Part shown: in pieces, positions 19,585 to 28,275 of the stretch
Layout: each line of letters begins with the position of its first letter
Position numbering within the stretch: position 1 is the first letter of the stretch
Assembly: GCA_043778225.1 (NCBI GenBank)
Contig: JAYWGM010000041.1
Coordinates: 31,538 to 95,537, forward strand
Direction: 5' to 3'
DNA length: 64,000 nt
Origin: Deinococcales bacterium
GTDB lineage: Bacteria; Deinococcota; Deinococci; Deinococcales; JAAFIG01
Program-made: the position numbers and the translations under genes
The notes under the pieces: model-generated
Told to the model about the DNA's origin: nothing
Seen by the model: only the letters and a program-made list of their open reading frames with translations
Databases searched by the model: none

Positions 19585-19600
19585 TTGCATAGGTATGCAA
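19585..19600. promoter_or_regulatory. Putative LacI-family operator upstream of the first gene of the cluster
   Basis: Palindrome TTGCATA-GG-TATGCAA. Confidence 0.6.
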
Positions 19601-19638
19601 AAGATTCTGCTACGACCAGGCGGCGGCTGTCAAGCCCA

Positions 19639-20064
19639 TCATCTTTCTATCGGTTCTTGAAGGCGCAACGCTGCCTCTTGAAATGCCAAGCGTGATTGTC
19701 TGATGGTCTCGCGATGCTGTTCCGCCCAATGCCAAACACCACAAAAAGCCTCTCCAAGACTGCTTCCAAGCTCAGTCAAGCGGTATTCTACTCTGGGTGG
19801 TACAACCGCAAAAACAGTGCGGACAATCAGTCCGTCGGCTTCCATTTGGCGCAGCGTTTTGGTCAACATCTTTTGGCTGATTTCGCCAATCAATTCACCA
19901 AGGCGTGTAAATCGCAACTGACCATGTTCCTCGAGAACCTCCAAGGTCAGCATTGTCCACTTATCGGCAACTCGCTCGATGATTTCTCTAACCAATTTAT
20001 CGAGTTCGGGGTCATTGTAGTCCGGTAGATTTGTGGTTTTTTGATAGGTGCTGAGGTTTGTCAT
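19639..20064 (-). CDS. HxlR-family winged-helix regulator
   Basis: ADKWTML, ISQKMLTKTLRQMEADGLI, VPPRVEYRLT. Confidence 0.9.
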   Translation of the reverse strand: MTNLSTYQKTTNLPDYNDPELDKLVREIIERVADKWTMLTLEVLEEHGQLRFTRLGELIGEISQKMLTKTLRQMEADGLIVRTVFAVVPPRVEYRLTELGSSLGEAFCGVWHWAEQHRETIRQSRLAFQEAALRLQEPIER

Positions 20065-20158
20065 CTTTTCACTCTCTTTTGGGTAAGTATAGCACTTTTA
20101 AGTGCCTACTTCACTTTTTTCTATTTCTCTTTTACAATTACCACCGAGGTCAATACTG

Positions 20159-20923
20159 ATGAATATCCAAAACAATACAATTCTTATCACTGGTGGCGGT
20201 TCTGGTATCGGACGCGCTCTCGCCGAGGCTTTTTATGCTAATAATAACCAAGTCATTATTGTGGGTCGCCGTCAAGCCATGCTCGAAGAAACTGTTGCCG
20301 CCAACCCAGGCATGAAATTTAGGGTGCTTGACCTCGAGAGTGCCACCGCCATTCAGCAATTCGCCGAGCAAATTAAGCTCGAGTATCCAGCCTTAAATGT
20401 TGTGATTCACAATGCTGGCATCATGAAAAACGAATCGTTACAAGATGGCACACTCGAAGCTGCCGAAGCCACCATTACTACCAATCTGCTTGCGCCCATC
20501 CGCTTGAACGCTGCCTTGCTGTCCCATCTCGAGCAGCAACCACAAGCAACGATTATGACTGTTTCTTCGGGCTTGGCATTTGTGCCAATGGCGAGTACAC
20601 CAACGTATTGTGCCACCAAAGCAGCCATCCATTCTTATACGCAATCGCTGCGCTATCAGTTAAGCAATAGTTCGGTGCAGGTTCTCGAACTGATTCCACC
20701 TTATGTACAAACCGAATTACAAGGTTCACGCCAAGCAAACGATCCGCACGCCATGCCTCTGAAGGACTTTATTGCCCAAACCATGAATATCCTCAAAAAC
20801 TCGCCCGAGACGACTGAAATTTGTGTTGAACGGGTTAAGCCATTGCGTTTTGCCGAAACGAGTGGCGACTACGACACTTTTTATAAACGGTTTAACGACA
20901 CAATGGCAGCCTCAGCCCATTAA
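20159..20923 (+). CDS. SDR family oxidoreductase (DltE-like)
   Basis: NTILITGGGSGIG, VSSGLAFVP, YCATKAAIHSYT; divergent from HxlR. Confidence 0.88.
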   Translation: MNIQNNTILITGGGSGIGRALAEAFYANNNQVIIVGRRQAMLEETVAANPGMKFRVLDLESATAIQQFAEQIKLEYPALNVVIHNAGIMKNESLQDGTLEAAEATITTNLLAPIRLNAALLSHLEQQPQATIMTVSSGLAFVPMASTPTYCATKAAIHSYTQSLRYQLSNSSVQVLELIPPYVQTELQGSRQANDPHAMPLKDFIAQTMNILKNSPETTEICVERVKPLRFAETSGDYDTFYKRFNDTMAASAH

Positions 20924-20941
20924 TTCGTGCCAAGATAGGCT

Positions 20942-21664
20942 ATGTCATCCATTCCAGTTGTCTTACTGCACGGTCATACCCTCGACCGTCGAATGTGGCA
21001 GCCGCAACTCGAATTTTTTAAGCCCTGTCAAGCCCCGACTTTGCGCGGCTATGGTGGCTCGAGTCCTCCCACAACCCCGTTTTCTTTTGCCGAAGATGTC
21101 CACAATTTACTCAAGGGATACCAAAAAATTCATTTGGTCGGTTTAAGTCTGGGTGGCAATGTTGCGCTTGAAATGGCAATTCGTTACCCAGAACGAATTC
21201 AAACCCTAACCCTGCTTGACTCGAGCCTCAAGGGTTTTACGCCAGACCAAGCCCAAATTGAAGCTGGAGCAACTGTGCAAACTGCCTTTGAAAATGCTGG
21301 ACTCGAGGCAGCCAAACAAACTTGGTTGGACTTACCGCTTTTTGCCTCGGCTCGAGAAAATCCTGTACTAGAAAAGCAACTGGGGGCTTGGGTAGCCGAT
21401 TATTCGGGCTGGCATTGGGTGCAAAATATCAGCCCATCGGCAGCCATTGCCGATGTCTCGAGCCGATTAGAAGAAGTCAAAGCCAAAACCCTAATTGTGG
21501 TTGGCGCTCGAGATGTGGCTTATTTTCAGAATGTGGCACGGTACTTGCACCAAAAGATTGCTGACTCGAGACTCGAGGTTGTGGCGGGGGCTGGGCATCT
21601 GGTCAATCTCGAGCAGCCAGAAGTGGTAAACGCCTTACTCGAGTCTCATTTCTTGGCTTGGTAG
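20942..21664 (+). CDS. Alpha/beta fold hydrolase
   Basis: LLHGH, GLSLGG nucleophile elbow, AGHLVNLE. Confidence 0.88.
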   Translation: MSSIPVVLLHGHTLDRRMWQPQLEFFKPCQAPTLRGYGGSSPPTTPFSFAEDVHNLLKGYQKIHLVGLSLGGNVALEMAIRYPERIQTLTLLDSSLKGFTPDQAQIEAGATVQTAFENAGLEAAKQTWLDLPLFASARENPVLEKQLGAWVADYSGWHWVQNISPSAAIADVSSRLEEVKAKTLIVVGARDVAYFQNVARYLHQKIADSRLEVVAGAGHLVNLEQPEVVNALLESHFLAW

Positions 21665-21679
21665 AGTAGACTAGAAACC

Positions 21680-22198
21680 ATGTTGTTATCCAAAGCTGAC
21701 ATTATCTCAGCATTGACTCGTCTTGGTGAGTTTGCCGCATCAGATGGGCAACATTTGCGCTTAGTCATTGTTGGTGGGGCAGTCATGACACTCGCTTATG
21801 ATGCTCGAGACAGCACAAAAGACATAGATGCGCTTTTTCTTACACCGCCAGAAGCAAGTCAAACCCGAGCATGGGCAAGTTTGGTTGCATCTGAACTTAA
21901 TTTAGCCCAAGATTGGTTAAATGATGGAGCAAAAGGCTTTCTCAATGGTGTGACTCGAGGTGATCAACTCATCAATTCACGGGGAATAGAAGTTTGGCAA
22001 GTCGCACCTGAACAAATGTTAGCCATGAAACTGAGCGCTTGGCGAGACGATACTGATATAAATGATGTAAAACGATTATTACAAGAATTTAAGCAATCTA
22101 CACTCGAAGAAATTTGGTTATTACTCGAGCCATATTTAATTCGTGGAAAAGAACAAAAAGCTCGTTATGCTTTAGAGGATGCGTGGGCAGATGTCTGA
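21680..22198 (+). CDS. Pol-beta superfamily nucleotidyltransferase (DUF6036-like)
   Basis: IVGGAVM...STKDIDA (GG...DxD), WLND, LAMKLSAWRDDTDIND. Confidence 0.7.
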   Translation: MLLSKADIISALTRLGEFAASDGQHLRLVIVGGAVMTLAYDARDSTKDIDALFLTPPEASQTRAWASLVASELNLAQDWLNDGAKGFLNGVTRGDQLINSRGIEVWQVAPEQMLAMKLSAWRDDTDINDVKRLLQEFKQSTLEEIWLLLEPYLIRGKEQKARYALEDAWADV

Positions 22199-22544
22199 CC
22201 TTGAAATTCTGGCACAAGCCGCAGCACAACGCGACAGTTTGCAACTCAGGGCTTTGACACTCGAGTTTTTAGAAAACCATAAAACTTTCGAGCATATTGT
22301 CATGCCAAACGTTCAAGATAAAAAATTACTAGCTATTGCAGCAGGGCTACTCGAGTTATTCGCGGCTCGGCAAGGGCAGCAAGCACCGTCTTGGGTTCGT
22401 ACAATTGGCAGTACAGAACCATTTTTTTTGGTGGCAGCCGCCGAAAGAATGCCACGATTACGAGAATTATGCTTGACAGAATCACCACCAGAATTGCAAA
22501 AATACGGTTTGTATGCACCACCGAATTTTCTCGAGTTCGTGTAA
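22191..22544 (+). CDS. Hypothetical protein, probable partner (antitoxin-like) of the nucleotidyltransferase
   Basis: Overlaps the NTase stop; AAGLLELFA...APSWV...PFFL...ESPPEL motif typical of small NTase-adjacent proteins. Confidence 0.5.
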   Translation: MSDLEILAQAAAQRDSLQLRALTLEFLENHKTFEHIVMPNVQDKKLLAIAAGLLELFAARQGQQAPSWVRTIGSTEPFFLVAAAERMPRLRELCLTESPPELQKYGLYAPPNFLEFV

Positions 22545-22622
22545 AATTAGGATATAGATTAGGAATTTTGAGTTCAAAGAATCCATAAAGTTTGAATTAA
22601 CGATATGCTGTTGGTAATTATC

Positions 22623-25600
22623 ATGTCAAAGAAAAATAAGCAGCCTCGCAAATCGCAAGCTCGAAGCCTTGAAAATTCTTTACGGGTTTTTGGTATCCAT
22701 GAAAAAAGTGTCGCAGTTAAAATCAATAGTCGTACTTCCGTCATACAACGAGAGCGCAATAGCACACATACATTAGTGCGAAATGCCAAACAATATATTC
22801 GCACAGTAGTTCATCCTGATTTATATGAGCAGGTTTTAGATTGGTATCAATCAGCTTTTAGATTGCCTATAGATGAAGTGGCTATTAAAGTTCAAAAATC
22901 CATTGAACTACTTTCACCTGATACAGCATTCGGGGCATTACCACTTCGTAGTGAACTCTTTTGGGCAGCAACTATGCTGTCTAAAAGAGTTGAGCATCTT
23001 ATCAAATTCCTAAACTTGTCATCTTCATTTTCTGATGCAATTATGTCTGGTGATAAAGCTTTAGCAGAAGAGCTTCTAGTCAAGGTTGAACTAATAACAG
23101 GGCAATCTTTCTGGCTAATAGAAGCAAAATTAGCTTTCCTTCAGTTTGAATATGGACTTGAACAACAAAAAGCATATGCAAACACTTTTCAAGAATCTGC
23201 GCCTGCCAGTTTTGCGGCTTTTGTAGCCCATTATATCAGCCAACGGAATGAAGAAAGCGTTTCACCGACAAGAATGTCCACTGCATTTCGGCAAAAACTG
23301 GATTCATGGAGTATGGCATCTGATTTACGCGATTATGTCGAATATCGAGTAATAGGAGATTTACCAACTTCACGAACTTCTCTGGCTAACATTCTTGTAA
23401 TTGAAGGCGAAATGTCTATCATTGACCTATTAGACACATTTTTCCGTATTGCTACTGTACTATCAGTTGAAGGGGACGATACTGACAAAAATCTAATTGC
23501 CACAATTTTGACAAAGTTCCCCAAGCTACCAGATATTCGATTTAGCGTACTTGCCCAAGTTGTGGGTTGCTCCTATGTACCACTTCCTCCAGCAAAAACT
23601 GAACTTATTCTTGCAACTAATGCCTATTTAAGTGGTCAAATTTCTATTGCTCGAGATATATTGAATGGGTATCTACTTTCTTATCCTTCCGACGTACTAG
23701 GTTTATTTGAAGCGGCTCGAGTTGGTGTTTATTTTGACCCGCTCAAGCCTTCCAATTTACAGGAAACTATGTTGCAGTTGATGACAGATACGTTTCGGCG
23801 AGACATTGAACTGAATCTAGCACTATCAAAATTAGATAAATTATCTCGAAACTTCCGTTTTCTAAATATAGGATTACCACTACAAGCCTTAGTTCAACAG
23901 TTTGATTTTATAAATCCAAAAAAGCACAAGCAACTTGAAACCATGTTATTTATTGCTACACCTGCTATACATCCTAGTCATGCAATCGGACTGAATGGGG
24001 AAAATCGTAGCATTTTTATAAATAAATGTTCAGAACACTTTACCCAATGTTCAACGCTAGAATTTGCTCAAATTACTATTGGTCAGAAACCCCTAGGTTC
24101 TAATCTAAGTATAGACAATTACATATGGGCGCAATATCATTTTGCGCTTCAAAAGTCTGATAAAAAGGAAATAATTAATTGCCTAAATCAGCTTTCTCAA
24201 AGCTCTGATTCCATTTCAAAACGTGCTGCTATTAGTGAAAAAATTTTAGCACTTTCAGTTATGCAACAACTTGAAGAAGCGATAAAACTAATTGCCACTA
24301 CAATTGTTTCAGACCCGCTTTGTCAGCGTTCACTACCCTTACAAGCAGTATTCGCAGAGAAAACCTATTCACAGCTTGAAGTATTTCGGTTTGAACCATA
24401 TGTACATATTGGACTCATGGCGTATTTTCAACAGTCGGATGACAAAGATGCTTTTGACAGCCTCCGTTCTTTATGGGACGAGTTTATTGATTCGAGAGGT
24501 ATATTTGATTTATCTGATTTAGAGTATTACTGCGAGCAATTTTCTAAAGAAGTTACGATTTACTTTCTACGCTATGTTTGTATTGAAGACGTGATGGATA
24601 TAAGTACATTATTTTCAACCTCTATTGAAGTCAGTATTCAGCGTTCAAAAATCTGTGAGAGATTAATGGATTTAGACCCAGAAAATGCGCCCGAATACCG
24701 CCAAGAAATTGTTGAAACCTCAAAGCAAATGAAAGTCCTTGAAGGGTTGCAGCATTTTGACCAGAGTCGAGTGTACGTTAATGGAGAAGCACTATTTCGT
24801 TGGGGAAATCGAGAATTGATTGAGCCATTTGATCGCTATACTCGTCTTATTGAAGCAGGCTTAGGAGGGTCAGAAGAAGAATTTGAAGAAGCTATCAAAC
24901 AATACACGAATACTGGCAACGTATTGCCAAAAAAATTCCTTGAAATACCCACAACTGAGTCTATAGCTTTGCTGCTTGAGATGATTGATCGTTTTTGGAG
25001 TGAATATAGATACCATCCCTTGCATGGACTCGATAGCTATCTTAGTTTACGCATACGTCATGGTTCGTTATCAGGTCATTTAAGAGGACCTTTTGAACAA
25101 GATAAACTTCTTATCACAGAGGATGAATCCGAGGAAAGTCTTAATAAACTCAGATTATGGTTTGATGAAGAAGCAGAGATTAGTGAATTAAAAATTACTG
25201 AAATAATACAAATCTTCAAAAAATTTTCGGATTCTTTTCAGAAAATAATTAGTCGGTTGAATCACGACTTACTCCAAATTAGAAGTGACATTAAACCTAA
25301 TGGATTATTCCTAAATACTATTCAGGAGAATTACTTACGGTATATTAAGAAAAAAACAGACCAGCCACCGAATCTCGAAGAGTTCTTGACTGCTTGTAGC
25401 ATTGTTTTTGAGCTAGTCATTCGTGAAGCTATGACACATATACGAACTGAGCTTACTGAAAATACTATGCTTGCAGTCGAACAATGTGTTGGATGCTTTA
25501 AAGACTCACTAAATAATATACTTACGGAAAATGAGTTCAGCAGCTTACGTGCTGCTATCTCCCATAGGTTTACAGATTTTCAAACAGCTATTACGCAAGT

Positions 25601-26165
25601 TTCAGAATGGTTCAAAGGTGATGTACGAGCGTTTGCTGCTGTGAGTTTTACATTTGATGAGATACTAGATGTGGCTGTGGATGTAATTCGTCGAACACAT
25701 CGTGGTCGTAATTTCGAGTTGATTCGTAAGATTGACATTGAAGAGCGTCAAGGTATGGATGTTTTACAAGAAGTGGTAGATATTTTATTTATTGTTTTCG
25801 CCAATGCTTTGACTCATTCCAAAATTTCAGATAATTTGTGCATTGAAATACTTGCTAGTAAGGTCGAGTCTAACCATACCTTAAAAATACGAATCAGTAA
25901 TAATGTTTCGCCTGACGTAAAAACACCAGACTGTATCGAAAAACTCAACTCGATTCGCATGTCAATAGAATCAGAAGAGTATCTTGGTCATACGCATTTA
26001 GAAGGGGGTACAGGACTAAAGAAACTAAAAAAAATCGCATCTGCACACCAAAACCATAATCTTAGTTATGGTTTTGGTGATGAAAATACTTTTTTCGTGG
26101 ATCTGGAACTGGCAATGCTTAGTACCCCAGTTGCGCCAGTCGAAATCCCGAATATCGAGGTGTAA
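22623..26165 (+). CDS. dtcA: Detocs-type sensor: large helical N-terminus with C-terminal histidine-kinase-like region
   Basis: Candidate His motif SLRIRHGSL, N-box-like IVFANALTHS, G-box EGGTGLKKL; no obvious TM helices; followed by REC and REC-PNP genes. Confidence 0.78.
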   Translation: MSKKNKQPRKSQARSLENSLRVFGIHEKSVAVKINSRTSVIQRERNSTHTLVRNAKQYIRTVVHPDLYEQVLDWYQSAFRLPIDEVAIKVQKSIELLSPDTAFGALPLRSELFWAATMLSKRVEHLIKFLNLSSSFSDAIMSGDKALAEELLVKVELITGQSFWLIEAKLAFLQFEYGLEQQKAYANTFQESAPASFAAFVAHYISQRNEESVSPTRMSTAFRQKLDSWSMASDLRDYVEYRVIGDLPTSRTSLANILVIEGEMSIIDLLDTFFRIATVLSVEGDDTDKNLIATILTKFPKLPDIRFSVLAQVVGCSYVPLPPAKTELILATNAYLSGQISIARDILNGYLLSYPSDVLGLFEAARVGVYFDPLKPSNLQETMLQLMTDTFRRDIELNLALSKLDKLSRNFRFLNIGLPLQALVQQFDFINPKKHKQLETMLFIATPAIHPSHAIGLNGENRSIFINKCSEHFTQCSTLEFAQITIGQKPLGSNLSIDNYIWAQYHFALQKSDKKEIINCLNQLSQSSDSISKRAAISEKILALSVMQQLEEAIKLIATTIVSDPLCQRSLPLQAVFAEKTYSQLEVFRFEPYVHIGLMAYFQQSDDKDAFDSLRSLWDEFIDSRGIFDLSDLEYYCEQFSKEVTIYFLRYVCIEDVMDISTLFSTSIEVSIQRSKICERLMDLDPENAPEYRQEIVETSKQMKVLEGLQHFDQSRVYVNGEALFRWGNRELIEPFDRYTRLIEAGLGGSEEEFEEAIKQYTNTGNVLPKKFLEIPTTESIALLLEMIDRFWSEYRYHPLHGLDSYLSLRIRHGSLSGHLRGPFEQDKLLITEDESEESLNKLRLWFDEEAEISELKITEIIQIFKKFSDSFQKIISRLNHDLLQIRSDIKPNGLFLNTIQENYLRYIKKKTDQPPNLEEFLTACSIVFELVIREAMTHIRTELTENTMLAVEQCVGCFKDSLNNILTENEFSSLRAAISHRFTDFQTAITQVSEWFKGDVRAFAAVSFTFDEILDVAVDVIRRTHRGRNFELIRKIDIEERQGMDVLQEVVDILFIVFANALTHSKISDNLCIEILASKVESNHTLKIRISNNVSPDVKTPDCIEKLNSIRMSIESEEYLGHTHLEGGTGLKKLKKIASAHQNHNLSYGFGDENTFFVDLELAMLSTPVAPVEIPNIEV

Positions 26166-26167
26166 TC

Positions 26168-26644
26168 GTGAATCTACTTCTTGTGGAAGATGATCTACCT
26201 AAACGAATTCAGATTGCCGAATGGGTCAACGAATTCCTACCTGACGTTGTATTAACAATTGAATATTCCGTAAATGCAGCAATGCGGGCTATTAAAAATA
26301 ATCTATTTGATTTAATCATTTTAGATATGTCATTACCAACATATACACCGATGGGCAACGAATCTGGAGGAAGACCACAGGGCTTTGGGGGGCAAGAAGT
26401 TTTACGTTTATTAGACCGACGCAAGCTGTCTCCAGTCGTTGTAGTTGTGACTCAATTTCAAACATTTGGTACTGGTAGTGAGTTAGTAACTTTAGAAATG
26501 CTTGCAGAAAGTCTTAATACAGTCCATCCACAAACATTTCGCGGTATTGTGTTTTACGAAGGAGCAAATGGGTCATGGAAAAACGTACTTCACGAAAAGA
26601 TATTTAGTGCTATACAACTTGGAGAGTCAAAGAATGAAATTTAA
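26168..26644 (+). CDS. dtcB: Stand-alone response-regulator receiver (Detocs DtcB-like)
   Basis: LLVEDD, IILDMSLP (phospho-Asp), VVTQF. Confidence 0.8.
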   Translation: MNLLLVEDDLPKRIQIAEWVNEFLPDVVLTIEYSVNAAMRAIKNNLFDLIILDMSLPTYTPMGNESGGRPQGFGGQEVLRLLDRRKLSPVVVVVTQFQTFGTGSELVTLEMLAESLNTVHPQTFRGIVFYEGANGSWKNVLHEKIFSAIQLGESKNEI

Positions 26645-27854
26645 GGTTTTAGTTGTTGATGATACCTCTGCGAAGATTGCTCAAATTATTGATGTTTTAC
26701 AAATAGGCAATATAGAACGTGCCAATATTGAAACTGCTCAAACAGGTATTGAGGCACTTAGGCAACTTCAACAAAACAAGTTTGACCTTATGGTTCTTGA
26801 CCTTGCGCTACCATTTCGTGCTGAAAATCAGCCTTCTCTTAAAGGAGGAATCGAACTTATAGAGGAGTATATTAAACACAGCAAATATCATAAGCCAACA
26901 CACGTGATTGGATTAACTGCTTATGAAGACCTCAAGGATGAATCAAAAAATTATTTTGATGAGCGTTGTTGGTCATTATTAAGCTACAGTGCTACAAATC
27001 AATGGAAACGAAGACTGTCGGAGTATGTTGAATATGCAGAAAGTGCAAGTAAGAGTCTCGAAGATGCGTCTTACGTCACGGACTTGTGTATAGTGACTGC
27101 CCTCCCTACTCCAGAGTTACAAATGGTTAGGCAACTCAATTGGAATTGGTCACAGGCTTTACCAATGGACTCTACTACTATGGTGTATAGGGGGACTATT
27201 TCAATAAATGGGCAAGAGTTTACTGTTGTAGCTGCTTCAAGTTTACGAATGGGCATGGTTGAGAGTGCGCTTTTAACATCGAAACTTATTGCAAAATTTC
27301 GTCCTCAAGTCGTGGCAATGTGTGGAATTTGTGCCGGAGTTTCAAATTCAGTAAATATTGGTGATGTAATACTGGCGGATGCAACATGGGATTATCAGAG
27401 TGGTAAAAGGACAATTTCTAATTCAGGTTCGGAGTTATCTGTTGCTCCTGACATTATTTCCGTTTCCGATAATGTAATATCACGGTTTCAAGAACTTGCT
27501 AATCGCACAAATATCTGGAGTGATATTGAAAATAAATGGCTGGGCGAAAAACCAACTCATTCACTTCGTGCCAAAATTGGTCCTATTGCATCGGGGTCTT
27601 CGGTCGCAGCAGATGGGGAAACTATTGTAGAAGTTCGAGAACAACATCGTAAACTTCTTGGTATTGATATGGAAATATATGGTGTTTATGCTGCAAGTCG
27701 GGCTGCTTTAATTCCAAAACCAATGACCTTCGCTCTTAAATCCGTATGCGATTTTGCAGATGGGCAAAAAGATGATAAATTCCAAGCGTATGCTGCGTTT
27801 ACAAGCGCGAAAGCCCTAGAAGCATTGGTTGAAACATTATTGCCCTATTTGTAG
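26634..27854 (+). CDS. dtcC: Receiver domain fused to a PNP/MTA-SAH nucleosidase-fold effector (Detocs DtcC-like, predicted ATP nucleosidase)
   Basis: REC: VLVVDD, VLDLALP, GLTAY. PNP: VTAL, MGMVESA, CGICAG, IASGS, GIDMEIYG, KSVCDFAD...KDD.FQAYAA. Start reassigned to ATG 26634. Confidence 0.82.
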   Translation: MKFKVLVVDDTSAKIAQIIDVLQIGNIERANIETAQTGIEALRQLQQNKFDLMVLDLALPFRAENQPSLKGGIELIEEYIKHSKYHKPTHVIGLTAYEDLKDESKNYFDERCWSLLSYSATNQWKRRLSEYVEYAESASKSLEDASYVTDLCIVTALPTPELQMVRQLNWNWSQALPMDSTTMVYRGTISINGQEFTVVAASSLRMGMVESALLTSKLIAKFRPQVVAMCGICAGVSNSVNIGDVILADATWDYQSGKRTISNSGSELSVAPDIISVSDNVISRFQELANRTNIWSDIENKWLGEKPTHSLRAKIGPIASGSSVAADGETIVEVREQHRKLLGIDMEIYGVYAASRAALIPKPMTFALKSVCDFADGQKDDKFQAYAAFTSAKALEALVETLLPYL

Positions 27855-27966
27855 CTTATTGAACTAGCCTTCATATGTAGTTTGATGGGAATACACTGCT
27901 TCGAGTTTCGGTGCTTGAAGTATTGGCTTAAAATCTTTGTTTAGAATGTTCGAGTATACTCAAGGT

Positions 27967-28275
27967 ATGGACATCAGTACCCGTCAACCCAACCCAAACG
28001 ATTCAAAATTTGCCACTCGAGGCGAGAGGATTACATTTACCAGCCAACCGCTCGAGAAAGAAGTTCTCACCACGCAAGAAGCGGCAGACTGGTTGTGTAT
28101 ATCACGTCCGCATTTTCTGCGCTTGCTCAAGCGTGGGCGATTGCCTTTTCATAAAGTTGGTAATCAACGCCGTGTGAATTTTGCAGATGTAAAAGCCTTC
28201 CAAAAGAATCGCCGTGAAGCCGCTCTGAACGAACTAACCGCGCTCAGTCAAGAAATGGGTTTGTACAACCTCTAA
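27967..28275 (+). CDS. Excisionase-like (HTH_17) DNA-binding protein, antitoxin-type; no PIN partner
   Basis: [15 protein letters not shown]...[12 protein letters not shown]...[21 protein letters not shown] 6 nt before ATG. Confidence 0.7.
   Translation: MDISTRQPNPNDSKFATRGERITFTSQPLEKEVLTTQEAADWLCISRPHFLRLLKRGRLPFHKVGNQRRVNFADVKAFQKNRREAALNELTALSQEMGLYNL

Noticed and set aside
26502..26633. N-terminal extensions given by the ORF track (also for the ORFs starting at 20102, 43779, 47554, 56544, 61312, 63718)
   Set aside because: They overlap neighbouring genes or promoters; downstream ATGs coincide with domain starts and RBS or -10 signals.
22545..28275. Prophage or integrative element around Detocs
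   Set aside because: No integrase, phage genes, tRNA or flanking att-like repeats seen; the Xis-like gene is of the antitoxin type.
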